NCBI GenBank assembly: GCA_963710945.1 | Contig: CAVQCH010000007.1 | Coordinates: 97,183-161,182, forward strand | Length of the DNA stretch: 64,000 nt | Direction: 5' to 3' | Origin: an uncultured Acidobacteriota bacterium | GTDB taxonomy: Bacteria; Acidobacteriota; Thermoanaerobaculia; UBA5066; Gp7-AA6 | Notes under the pieces: generated by a model | Told to the model about the DNA's origin: nothing | The model's database searches: none | The model's input: only the letters and a program-made list of their open reading frames with translations | Translations under genes and position numbers: made by a program | In this document: positions 56,234-64,000 of the stretch, in pieces | Layout: every line of letters starts with the position of its first letter | Numbering within the stretch: position 1 is the stretch's first letter

Positions 56234-57553
56234 GTGCGCCCGGTCCGCGTGATCACGACGGGACCCGTCGCCGCGGTGGCTTTCGAGCTCGACGGAAGAG
56301 AAGAGGCCCGCCTCGCGAAGAGCCCGTGGAACGCCGATGTGGACTTCGGCCCCGAGTTTTCGCCGCACCGGCTGGTGGCGCGCGCTTTCGATGCGGCAGG
56401 CGGGGAGATCGCGCGGGCGCACCAGTGGATCAACCTGCCGCGCCCGCCGGCCGAGGTCGACATCCTGCTCGAGAGAAACGTGGCGGGACAGGTGGTCGCG
56501 GCGAGGCTGACCTGGGCGAGCCGCCTCGGGCCGCGGCCCGACCGCGTGTCGCTGACGTTCGACGGGCGGGCCCTGGCGGTCGACGTGCTCCACCGTGCCA
56601 CGCTGCCGGCTTACGACGAGCGATTGGCCCACGTGCTGACCGCCCAGGTGGACTTCCCGAACGACGTTCGCGGCCGGGCGGATCGCGTCATCGGAGGCGG
56701 CTCGTCGGGCGAGGCGTCGAGCGAGCTGACGGCGGTGCCGGTGCGCTGCTCGAAAAAGCCCCCGCCCATGGAAACGCTCCAGGGTCGTTTTCGCGAGGAC
56801 GGTGTCGCTCGACGAGTAGTCGGCGTCGAGCATGGGCCGGCGGAGGTCCTGGTCGTGCGCGAGCTAGAGCTGGGCGAGACGACGGCCTGGTTTTCAGGAG
56901 CCTCCCGGTTTCGCCGCCTGTCGCCGGTGCTCGGCATGGCGGGAGGCTTCCTCTACGCCCCGGCCTCGATCAGCAGTGCTCAAGGGTTTCCCGGCGACCC
57001 GACCCACCTGGGGGACGACGACCGGCTCCGCGTTCAGTGGCCGATCGCGACGGAGTCACCCGACATCGACGCCGTCAACGTCCTGTTCGAGAAATCCCAG
57101 GTGTATCGAGGGCGGGATGCCACGCTGGGGTTTCTGCTGCAGCGGGTCGGCTATCCGAAGGCGAGCGACGCTCCCCGGCGCTTCGCCGATGCCGTTGCGG
57201 TGGCCGGCGTGGAGGCTGCGGCGAGCTGCTCGCGGCGCGCGGTCATTCTCGTGCTCGGGGCGGCCGATCGCGACGACAGCATCCGGGACCCGGCGGCGAT
57301 CCGGCGATACCTCGAACGGCTCCACGTACCGCTCTACGTGTGGTCCCTCGCCGAGGAAATTCCGCCCGCGGTCGTCCCGGCGGCCGCCTGGGGCCGGTTC
57401 GACGACGTGTCCTCGATTGCCCGGTTCGCGCGGGCGGTGGCGCGGTTGCGCGGAGATCTCGAGAGCCAGTCGGTGGTCTGGTTGGAGGGGGGATACCTGC
57501 CGCAATCCATCGAGTTCGTCGAGAACGGGGACGGGGTGTCGCTGGCCCGTTGA
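56234..57553 (+). CDS. hypothetical protein (C-terminal part vWA-like, tentative); N-terminus uncertain
   Basis: 439-aa ORF with non-shadow composition. The same frame is open upstream through a hydrophobic stretch (ASLTFASYFLGLVLG) with no start codon, so the true start may be lost or shifted. Confidence 0.45.
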   Translation: MRPVRVITTGPVAAVAFELDGREEARLAKSPWNADVDFGPEFSPHRLVARAFDAAGGEIARAHQWINLPRPPAEVDILLERNVAGQVVAARLTWASRLGPRPDRVSLTFDGRALAVDVLHRATLPAYDERLAHVLTAQVDFPNDVRGRADRVIGGGSSGEASSELTAVPVRCSKKPPPMETLQGRFREDGVARRVVGVEHGPAEVLVVRELELGETTAWFSGASRFRRLSPVLGMAGGFLYAPASISSAQGFPGDPTHLGDDDRLRVQWPIATESPDIDAVNVLFEKSQVYRGRDATLGFLLQRVGYPKASDAPRRFADAVAVAGVEAAASCSRRAVILVLGAADRDDSIRDPAAIRRYLERLHVPLYVWSLAEEIPPAVVPAAAWGRFDDVSSIARFARAVARLRGDLESQSVVWLEGGYLPQSIEFVENGDGVSLAR

Positions 57554-57574
57554 CGCCCGATCGTCCGAGTACCC

Positions 57575-57856
57575 TCACACGCCCGCGGCCAGGTCCTCCC
57601 AGCCCGGGTTGTGCATCGTGATGAGCTGGATCTTCCTCGCGCGGCTCCAGCTCTTGAGCTGCCTCTCCCGCGTCAACGCCACGACGAGGTCGTTCATCCG
57701 CTCGCAATAGAGAAGCCGGTGGACGCCGGCCCGAACGGTGAACCCGTCCTGGATGCCGGTCTGATGCTCCGCCAGCCGTTGCTCGAGGTTTCCCGTCACG
57801 CCGACGTAGAGCATGCCGGTGTGGCTTCCCAGGATGTAGACCCAGAACGTGCGCAT
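57575..57856 (-). CDS. GIY-YIG nuclease family protein (UPF0213-like)
   Basis: 93 aa. WVYILGSHTGMLYVGVTGNLEQRLAEH...RERQLKSWSR. Confidence 0.8.
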   Translation of the reverse strand: MRTFWVYILGSHTGMLYVGVTGNLEQRLAEHQTGIQDGFTVRAGVHRLLYCERMNDLVVALTRERQLKSWSRARKIQLITMHNPGWEDLAAGV

Positions 57857-57872
57857 GGGTGTCTATAGATAG

Positions 57873-57936
57873 ATTGTCGCGAGGAGGCCCTTTTTTCCGG
57901 GTTCCGAGACGACCTTTTTTCGCAGGTCGCGACAAT
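57873..57936. repeat. 10-bp perfect inverted repeat (ATTGTCGCGA / TCGCGACAAT) in the divergent GIY-YIG / DUF559 intergenic region
   Basis: Arms at 57873-57882 and 57927-57936, enclosing two T-runs. Confidence 0.4.
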
Positions 57937-57947
57937 TTGATTGCTGA

Positions 57948-58367
57948 GTGACTCGGAAAGGCCGGAAAGGCGCCATCGGTCTCCCTCTCCCGGCGGGAGA
58001 GGGGCGGGGTGAGGGGCGCCCCATCGGAATCTCCCACGCGCGAGAACTTCGCCGCCGCCAAACCGATGCCGAATCGCTCCTCTGGCGCCGCCTGCGCCGA
58101 CGAGGGCTCGGGGGCCTCAAGTTCCGCCGCCAGCACCTGGTCGGCGGCTTCATCGTGGACTTTTTCTGCGACCAGGCGAGGGTTGCGGTGGAGCTCGACG
58201 GAGGGGGCCACGCGGAGCCGGGTCAGTTGAATTACGATCGTTTGCGGACCAGGCGGCTAGAGCAGCTCGGGCTCAAGGTTCTGCGATTCTGGAACACAGA
58301 CGTGCTCCAGAATCTCGACGGGGTCGTTGTCAGAATCCTGGAAGCGGTGATGCCCCCCTCACCCTGA
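57948..58367 (+). CDS. DUF559 (Vsr-like) endonuclease-domain protein
   Basis: ARELRRRQTDAESLLWRRLR...FRRQHLVGGFIVDFFC...VAVELDGGGH...RLEQLGLKVLRFWNTDV. Start GTG 57948 is uncertain. Both ends of the ORF, including stop TGA 58365-58367, lie inside family B repeat arms. Confidence 0.75.
   Translation: MTRKGRKGAIGLPLPAGEGRGEGRPIGISHARELRRRQTDAESLLWRRLRRRGLGGLKFRRQHLVGGFIVDFFCDQARVAVELDGGGHAEPGQLNYDRLRTRRLEQLGLKVLRFWNTDVLQNLDGVVVRILEAVMPPSP
57981..58020. repeat. family B repeat arm (reverse orientation), forms the 5' end of the DUF559 ORF
   Basis: ctccctctcccggcgggagaggggcggggtgaggggcgcc. Confidence 0.65.
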
Positions 58368-58394
58368 CCCTCTCCCCCGCGGGGGGAGAGGGGA
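58353..58394. repeat. family B repeat arm (forward orientation)
   Basis: cccccctcaccctgaccctctcccccgcggggggagaggg. Confidence 0.65.
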
Positions 58395-58403
58395 TGGAGC
58401 CCC

Positions 58404-59546
58404 CTACTTGACCGCCGTCAGGGCCTGGTCGAGGTCGGCGAGGATGTCCTCGATGTCTTCGATGCCGACGGAGATCCGCACGAGACCGGCGGTGACGCCG
58501 AGGCGGTTGCGTTCCTCCTCCGGGATCGAGGCGTGCGTCATCGTGGCGGGGTGCGAGATCAGCGTCTCGACGCCGCCGAGGCTCTCGCCGAGCGAGCAGA
58601 GGCGCACCTTCGCGAGAAACGCTCCGGCGTTCTCGAAGGAGCCGAGCTCGAACGAGATCATCGCGCCGAACCCGGACATCTGCTTCTTCGCGAGCGCGTG
58701 CTGGGGGTGGGAGGCGAGGCCGGGATAGTTGACCTTCTTCACCTTCGGATGCTTCGCCAGGTGCGCGGCGACCGCGCGGCCGTTGGCCTCGTGGCGCTCC
58801 ATGCGCACCGACAGGGTCTTGATGCCGCGCAGGACGAGCCACGAATCCATCGGCGACAGGATGGCGCCCGAGCTGTTCTGGACGAACGACAGCCACTCGA
58901 CGTGCTCCTTCGACTTCGCGATGGCGGCGCCGCCGACCGTGTCGGAGTGGCCGCCCAGGAACTTCGTCGTCGAGTGCATGACGATGTCGGCGCCGAGGGC
59001 GAGCGGCTTCTGGAGGTACGGCGACGCGAACGTGTTGTCGACGACGACGACGGCGCCGTTGCGGTGCGCCAGGTCCGAGAGGGCCGCGATGTCGCAGAGC
59101 TGCATCGTCGGATTCGTCGGCGACTCGAGGTGGAGCATCTTCGTCTCGGGCCGGATCGCGCGCTCGACGTCGCTCGCGTCGGCGGTGTCCACGAAAGAGA
59201 AGGTCACGCCGTAGCGCGCCAGGATCTTCGTGTAGTAGCGGTAGGTGCCGCCGTAGGTCATGTTCGAGCAGACGACGTGATCGCCCTGCTTGACGAGCGT
59301 CGAGATGGCCGTGATCGCCGCCATCCCGGAGGCGAAGGCGCGGGCGCCGGCGCCGCCCTCGAGCACCGCGAGGTTCTCCTCGAGCGCCGAGCGGGTCGGG
59401 TTCTGCGTGCGCCCGTACTCGTAGCCCTTGTGCTTGCCGAGCCCCTCCTGGACGTACGTCGAGGTCTGGTAGATCGGCACCGTCACGGAACCGGTCGAGG
59501 GATCGGGCTCGTTGCCCGCGTGGATGCAGTCGGTCGAAAAGCCCAT
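58404..59546 (-). CDS. Cys/Met-metabolism PLP enzyme (cystathionine gamma-lyase/synthase family)
   Basis: ATG 59546 (MGFSTDCIHAG...). ...YGRTQNPT...HSTTKFLGGHSD.... About 380 aa. Confidence 0.85.
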   Translation of the reverse strand: MGFSTDCIHAGNEPDPSTGSVTVPIYQTSTYVQEGLGKHKGYEYGRTQNPTRSALEENLAVLEGGAGARAFASGMAAITAISTLVKQGDHVVCSNMTYGGTYRYYTKILARYGVTFSFVDTADASDVERAIRPETKMLHLESPTNPTMQLCDIAALSDLAHRNGAVVVVDNTFASPYLQKPLALGADIVMHSTTKFLGGHSDTVGGAAIAKSKEHVEWLSFVQNSSGAILSPMDSWLVLRGIKTLSVRMERHEANGRAVAAHLAKHPKVKKVNYPGLASHPQHALAKKQMSGFGAMISFELGSFENAGAFLAKVRLCSLGESLGGVETLISHPATMTHASIPEEERNRLGVTAGLVRISVGIEDIEDILADLDQALTAVK

Positions 59547-59550
59547 GGCT

Positions 59551-60510
59551 TTATCCTTTCGGCCGCGAGGCGGCGAAGATGCCCTGGTCGGGATAGCGCT
59601 CGGCGCCATCCGGGAAGAGCGTGACGACCGTCTTGCCGGGTCCCAGGCGCTCGGCGATGCGCAGCGCCGCGGCGGCGGCCGCGCCGGCCGAGCCGCCGGC
59701 GCAGAGGCCCTCCTCGCGGGCGAGCGCGCGGCAGGTGTCGAAGGCTTCCTTGTCGCGGATCTCGATCGTTTCGTCCATCAGCGTGCGGTCGAAGATCGGC
59801 CAGATCTTCGACAGGCCGATGCCCTCGACCTCGTGCGGCCCGGGCGCGCCGCCGCCGAGGATCGAGCCCTGCGGCTCGACCGCGACGCGCAGGAGGCCGG
59901 GATGGCGCTCGGAGAGATACCGCGCGACGCCCGTGAACGTGCCGGTCGTTCCCACGCCCGCGACCCAGGCGTCGATCCGGCCGCCGATCTGCTCGGCGAT
60001 CTCGGGGCCGGTGCTTTCGTAGTGGGTGAGGGGATTGACGGGGTTGTAGAACTGGTTGGGGAGGTAGGCGCCGGGAGTTTCGCGCACGATCTGGTTCGCG
60101 CGCTCGATCGCGCCGACCATCATCGCGTCCGCCGGCGTGCGGACGACCTCGGCGCCGAGGCCGCGCATCAGCCGCGCCTTCGTTTCGCCGTAGCCCTCGG
60201 GCATGACGATCACGCAGCGGTAACGGCGCGCCGCGGCGACCATTGCCAGCGCCACGCCGGTGTTGCCCGAGGTCGCCTCGACGATCGTGCCGCCCGCCGC
60301 GAGCAGCCCCCGCGCCTCCGCGTCCTCGATCATCGCCTTCGCGATGCGGTCCTTGACGCTGCCGCCGGGATTGAACCACTCGAGCTTGGCGAAGATCCGC
60401 GCCGCGCCGCGCGAGAAGTGGGCCAGCTCCACGAGCGGAGTGCGTCCGATCGCGCCGAGGGCGTTGCCGGCGGCCGGAGAATTCCCGGCGGGGGAGAGAT
60501 TTGTCGACAA
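59551..60510 (-). CDS. cysteine synthase / cystathionine beta-synthase-family PLP enzyme
   Basis: ...NPGGSVKDRIA...TSGNTG...GVGTTGT.... Apparent TTG start at 60510. Ends 4 nt before the next gene. Confidence 0.8.
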   Translation of the reverse strand: MSTNLSPAGNSPAAGNALGAIGRTPLVELAHFSRGAARIFAKLEWFNPGGSVKDRIAKAMIEDAEARGLLAAGGTIVEATSGNTGVALAMVAAARRYRCVIVMPEGYGETKARLMRGLGAEVVRTPADAMMVGAIERANQIVRETPGAYLPNQFYNPVNPLTHYESTGPEIAEQIGGRIDAWVAGVGTTGTFTGVARYLSERHPGLLRVAVEPQGSILGGGAPGPHEVEGIGLSKIWPIFDRTLMDETIEIRDKEAFDTCRALAREEGLCAGGSAGAAAAAALRIAERLGPGKTVVTLFPDGAERYPDQGIFAASRPKG

Positions 60511-60527
60511 GGGGCTGTGACGATAAC

Positions 60528-60556
60528 AAAAAAAGCCCCGGCTTGACGCCGGGGCT
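60528..60556 (-). terminator. rho-independent terminator of the zinc-ribbon gene
   Basis: Minus strand reads GCCCCGGCGTCAAGCCGGGGC followed by TTTTTTT. Confidence 0.7.
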
Positions 60557-60576
60557 TCGAAATCGAGAGAGAGGGC

Positions 60577-60876
60577 TTAGTAGGACTGCTGCGCGCGGCG
60601 GGCCGAGTAGCACTCGCGGCAGTAGACCGGCTTGCCGTTGGTGGGGTTGAACGGAACCTGTGTCTGCTTTCCGCAGCCGTCGCAAGTCACGTCGTAGAAG
60701 GTGCGCTCGCGACCCTCTCCCGACGAGGTCTTGCGCTTGTCGCGGCAGGGCTTGCAGCGCTTGGGCTCGTTGGTGAAGCCCTTGCGCGCGTAGAACTCCT
60801 GGTCGTCCGCCGAAAAGAGGAACGTGCCGCCGCAGTCGACGCAATTCAGGTTCTTGTCCGTGTATTGCTGCATCAT
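60577..60876 (-). CDS. small zinc-ribbon protein (two CxxC...CxxC modules)
   Basis: 99 aa. CVDCGGTFLFSADDQEFYARKGF..PKRCKPC and CDGCGKQTQVPF...PVYCRECY. Confidence 0.65.
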   Translation of the reverse strand: MMQQYTDKNLNCVDCGGTFLFSADDQEFYARKGFTNEPKRCKPCRDKRKTSSGEGRERTFYDVTCDGCGKQTQVPFNPTNGKPVYCRECYSARRAQQSY

Positions 60877-61192
60877 GGAATTATTCAGATCTCCTGGGTT
60901 TCATCCCTGGGCCGGAGCGGGCTCCTTCGCCGTTGCCCCGGCAAAAAAAATGGTGAATCGGTTACACAACTCTCGAGGAACCCCGGCGCCCGTGCGCCGG
61001 GAAAAAGTATCTCTAGGACCGACCCCCTTTCGAATGCACGCACGTCTGCCCGCAAAGACGCACGGAAGAGGGATGGAAAAGCATAAAGGTGGCGATTGGG
61101 ATGTGCGGGGTCTTCGTAAAAGCTGGCGAAAAGTAGCACGGGGATTGTAAGGGTTGCAAGTAGCGGGTGGGTCAGCCGCTCTGGCAAGGGGC

Positions 61193-61248
61193 CGTAGGGG
61201 CGGGGCTCGTCCCCGCCCGCGGGCGGCCGCAAGGGCCGCCCCTACGAC
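61193..61248. repeat. family C hairpin repeat, copy 2
   Basis: gtaggggcggggctcgtccccgcccgcgggcggccgcaagggccgcccctac. Confidence 0.6.
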
Positions 61249-61281
61249 ACGAGGCTGATAAGTACTATCTCTGGCAGGTAG

Positions 61282-62100
61282 TTACGACCCGATCACGCCC
61301 TGGACGGGAGAGGAGGCGGTGGCGTAGCGCTTTCTCGGGATTCTGCCGGCCAGAAATGCGTCCCGGCCCGCCCGCACGGCGTCGCGCATGGCGCGCGCCA
61401 TCCGGACGGGATTCTTCGCCCCGGCGATCCCCGTGTTCATGAGGACGCCGGCCGCGCCGAGCTCCATCGCCACGCAGGCGTCCGAGGCCGTGCCGACGCC
61501 CGCGTCCACGATGACGGGGACCTGCGCCCGTTCCAGGATGATCGCGATGTTGTTGGGGTTCTGTATGCCGAGCCCCGATCCGATCGGGGCGCCGAGGGGC
61601 ATGACGGCGGCGGCGCCGGCGTCCTCGAGCTTGCGGCAGACGATCGGATCGTCGGAGGTGTACGGGAAGACGACGAAGCCTTCCTTGACGAGCGTCTTCG
61701 TCGCCTCGAGCAGGGCCTCGTTCTCCGGCCACAGCGTCTGCTCGTCGCCGAGGACCTCGAGCTTCACCCAGTTGGAGAGACCCACCTCGCGCCCGAGGCG
61801 TGCGGCGCGCACGGCGTCCTCCGCGTTGTAGCAGCCGGCCGTGTTGGGCAGGAGCGTCATTCCCCGCGGAACGTAGTCGAGCAGCGACTCTTTCGAGCGG
61901 TCGGTCAGGTTCACGCGGCGCACGGCGACCGTGACGATCTCGGCCTGGGATTCCTCGAGGGCCGCCTTCATGAGCGGGAAGGTCGCGTACTTGCCCGTGC
62001 CCACGATGAGGCGCGAGCGAAACGTCTTTCCGCCGAAGACGAAGGGATCCGGCGCCGCCGCGGCGGCGGCCGGCGGCTCGAGGGTCGAGGGCTCGGTCAC
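61282..62100 (-). CDS. thiG: thiazole synthase
   Basis: ...[12 protein letters not shown]...IVTVAVRR...LLPNTAGC...[11 protein letters not shown]...VIVDAG.G.... Confidence 0.85.
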   Translation of the reverse strand: MTEPSTLEPPAAAAAAPDPFVFGGKTFRSRLIVGTGKYATFPLMKAALEESQAEIVTVAVRRVNLTDRSKESLLDYVPRGMTLLPNTAGCYNAEDAVRAARLGREVGLSNWVKLEVLGDEQTLWPENEALLEATKTLVKEGFVVFPYTSDDPIVCRKLEDAGAAAVMPLGAPIGSGLGIQNPNNIAIILERAQVPVIVDAGVGTASDACVAMELGAAGVLMNTGIAGAKNPVRMARAMRDAVRAGRDAFLAGRIPRKRYATASSPVQGVIGS

Positions 62101-62110
62101 GAGAAAGATC

Positions 62111-62965
62111 CTATTCCTTCTTGGGATTGAGGAGGTACACGTTGTCGATCAGCCGGGTCTTGCCGAGGCGCACGGCCGCCGCGAGGGCCACGCCCGGGGC
62201 GATGCGCTCGACCCGGCGCATGGTCTCGGCGTCCACGGCCTCGACGTAGTCCACCCGGAAGCCGGCCGCCTCGAGCTGCTCGGCGGTCTCCATCTCGAGC
62301 CGGCGCGCGTCGATTTCGCCGTACAGCGAACGGCCCCGGGCGGCCGCGAGGGTGCGCGAGAGGTCGGCGGCGCGCCGCCGGTCGTCGAGCGAGAGGTAGG
62401 CGTTGCGCGAGGACATCGCGAGGCCGTCCTGTTCGCGCACGATGTCGCCGACGACGAGGCGGATGGGCAGGTCGAGGTCGCGGACCATGCGGCGCACGAC
62501 GGCGACCTGCTGCAGGTCCTTGCGGCCGAAGATGGCGACGTCGGGCAGCACGCGGAGGAAGAGCTTCATCACGACCGTGGCGACGCCGCGGAAGTGTCCC
62601 GGGCGGACGGCGCCCTCGCCGCCCTCGGTCACGCCGGCAACCTCGACCGCGGTCGCGAAGTCCGGCGGATAGAGGGTCTTCGCGTCCGGCAGGTAGAGGA
62701 CGTCGACGCCCTCGCGCTCGAGCAGGCGCGCGTCCTCGGCCTCACGCCGGGGGTACTTGCCGAAGTCCTCGCCCGGGCCGAACTGCAGGGGGTTGACGAA
62801 GATCGAGACGACGAGGAGACCGCCCTCGCGTCTGGCGAGGCGCACGAGAGAGAGATGCCCCTCGTGCAGGGCCCCCATGGTCGGAACGAACGCGACCGGA
62901 CGCGCCGCCATGCGCGCCTGCGCGACCTGCTCGCGCAGCGGAGCGAGCTCTCGGACGGTAATCAT
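62111..62965 (-). CDS. panC: pantoate--beta-alanine ligase
   Basis: ...[18 protein letters not shown]...[13 protein letters not shown]...YPR.... Confidence 0.85.
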   Translation of the reverse strand: MITVRELAPLREQVAQARMAARPVAFVPTMGALHEGHLSLVRLARREGGLLVVSIFVNPLQFGPGEDFGKYPRREAEDARLLEREGVDVLYLPDAKTLYPPDFATAVEVAGVTEGGEGAVRPGHFRGVATVVMKLFLRVLPDVAIFGRKDLQQVAVVRRMVRDLDLPIRLVVGDIVREQDGLAMSSRNAYLSLDDRRRAADLSRTLAAARGRSLYGEIDARRLEMETAEQLEAAGFRVDYVEAVDAETMRRVERIAPGVALAAAVRLGKTRLIDNVYLLNPKKE

Positions 62966-62989
62966 GGCGGGGATTCTCGCATGTGGGGG

Positions 62990-63140
62990 CCACCCCCCCT
63001 CACCCTGACCCTCTCCCCCCTTCGGGGGAGAGGGGACTTGAGGGCTCCCTCTCCCGCCGGGAGCCGTCCACCAGAGGCAGACCCGCGGCAGTAGGCAACA
63101 CCGGCCGAAGGCCGGTGTTATCGGGACGGGGTGAGGGCGC
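62990..63140. repeat. composite repeat between panB and panC: family B arms interrupted by a hairpin unit
   Basis: cccccctcaccctgaccctctccccccttcgggggagagggg ... ctccctctcccgccgggag ... gcagtaggcaacaccggccgaaggccggtgtt ... ggggtgaggg. Confidence 0.6.
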
Positions 63141-63145
63141 GCTCC

Positions 63146-63991
63146 TCAGTGCACGCGCCGCAGCGTCGGCCGGGTCCCGGTGAAGGACTCCTCCTTCGAC
63201 GGGAACGCACCGCTCTTGACGTCGGCCGTGAAGGCGCGCGCGGCGCCCTCGATGACCGACGAGAGATCGGCGTAACGCCGCACGAACTTCGGGCGCAGGT
63301 CGGGCGTGAGGCCGACGACGTCGTGGTAGACGAGGACCTGGCCGTCGCACGACGCGCCGGCGCCGATGCCGAGCGTCGGCACCGCGATCTCCTTCGTGAT
63401 CTCGGCGGCCAGGGAATCCGGCACGCACTCGAGCACGATCGCGAAGCAGCCGGCCTCCGCCAGCGCCCGCGCGTCCTCGCGGATCTGGCGAGCCGTGTCG
63501 GCCTCGCGCCCCTGCACCTTGAAGCCGCCAAACTTGCGGTACGACTGCGGCGTCAGTCCGACGTGTCCCATGACCGGGATGTCCGCGGCGAGGATCGCCT
63601 CGAGGGCAGGAAGGATCCGGCGGCCGCCCTCGAGCTTGACGGCGGCGGCGCCGCCCTCGGCGAGAAAGCGCCCGGCGTTCTCGACGGCGCGCGCGGGCTC
63701 GGCCTGGTACGACAGGAACGGCATGTCGCCGACCACGACGGCGCGCTTCGTCGCGCGGGCGACGGCGCGCGTGTGGCGGATCATCGTGTCCATCGTGGCG
63801 GTCAGCGTGTTCGGCTCGCCGTAGACGGTCATCTCGACCGAGTCGCCGACGAGGAGGATGTCGAGGCCGGCCTGGTCGAGCAGCGCCGCCGTCGGGGCGT
63901 CGTACGCGGTCATCATCGCGATGCGCTCGCGCCCCTTGGCCGCGACGATCTGCGGGATGGAAAGAGGGTCCTGCTCCGGAAGGATGTTCAC
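63146..63991 (-). CDS. panB: 3-methyl-2-oxobutanoate hydroxymethyltransferase
   Basis: ...IAMMTAYDAPTA...ILLVGDS...VVGDMPF.SY...AVKLEGG...GHVGLTPQ.... GTG start at 63991. Confidence 0.85.
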   Translation of the reverse strand: MNILPEQDPLSIPQIVAAKGRERIAMMTAYDAPTAALLDQAGLDILLVGDSVEMTVYGEPNTLTATMDTMIRHTRAVARATKRAVVVGDMPFLSYQAEPARAVENAGRFLAEGGAAAVKLEGGRRILPALEAILAADIPVMGHVGLTPQSYRKFGGFKVQGREADTARQIREDARALAEAGCFAIVLECVPDSLAAEITKEIAVPTLGIGAGASCDGQVLVYHDVVGLTPDLRPKFVRRYADLSSVIEGAARAFTADVKSGAFPSKEESFTGTRPTLRRVH

Positions 63992-64000
63992 AGCCTCGCT

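Overview
A very GC-rich chromosomal segment. Gene content suggests Acidobacteriota: a duplicated-FtsX ADOP-type permease, TolB-propeller Ser/Thr kinases and an ECF42-type sigma factor. This assignment is inference only. I support about 60 protein genes and one tmRNA (ssrA, minus strand, 55300-55660). I saw no rRNA, tRNA, CRISPR array, transposase or integrase.

Most genes are ordinary housekeeping or envelope functions: panB, panC, thiG, a cysteine synthase/cystathionine lyase pair, deaD, an Fpg/Nei glycosylase, SDRs, an aldo-keto reductase, a cytochrome c peroxidase cluster and an MFS transporter.

The best candidate for a novel system is a visibly lower-GC block at 359-4428. It holds a SprT-like zinc metalloprotease gene whose stop overlaps (GTGA) the start of a ~1190-aa fusion protein. 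That protein reads HIT domain, single-HKD PLD nuclease, SF2 helicase, an unassigned ~360-aa region, then DUF3427. It is therefore a SauUSI-like Type IV restriction core with two additions I do not recognise from named systems: the HIT fusion and the protease partner.

Other accessory content:
- a two-HKD PLD protein with a poly-Lys tail (9156-11021)
- a toxin-antitoxin-like mini-island (19.1-20.7 kb) and a RelE/Phd pair
- an ECF42 sigma / two YciI / ADOP permease operon abutting a truncated MGMT-like gene
- a DUF559 endonuclease bracketed by inverted repeats, next to a GIY-YIG gene

Three dispersed repeat families occupy many intergenic gaps, and one copy sits inside a coding region. Several otherwise conserved genes carry frame disruptions. 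These are either true pseudogenes or consensus indel errors, and the sequence alone cannot decide. Many long ORFs in the track are Arg/Pro/Gly-rich shadow frames of GC-rich genes and are not reported.
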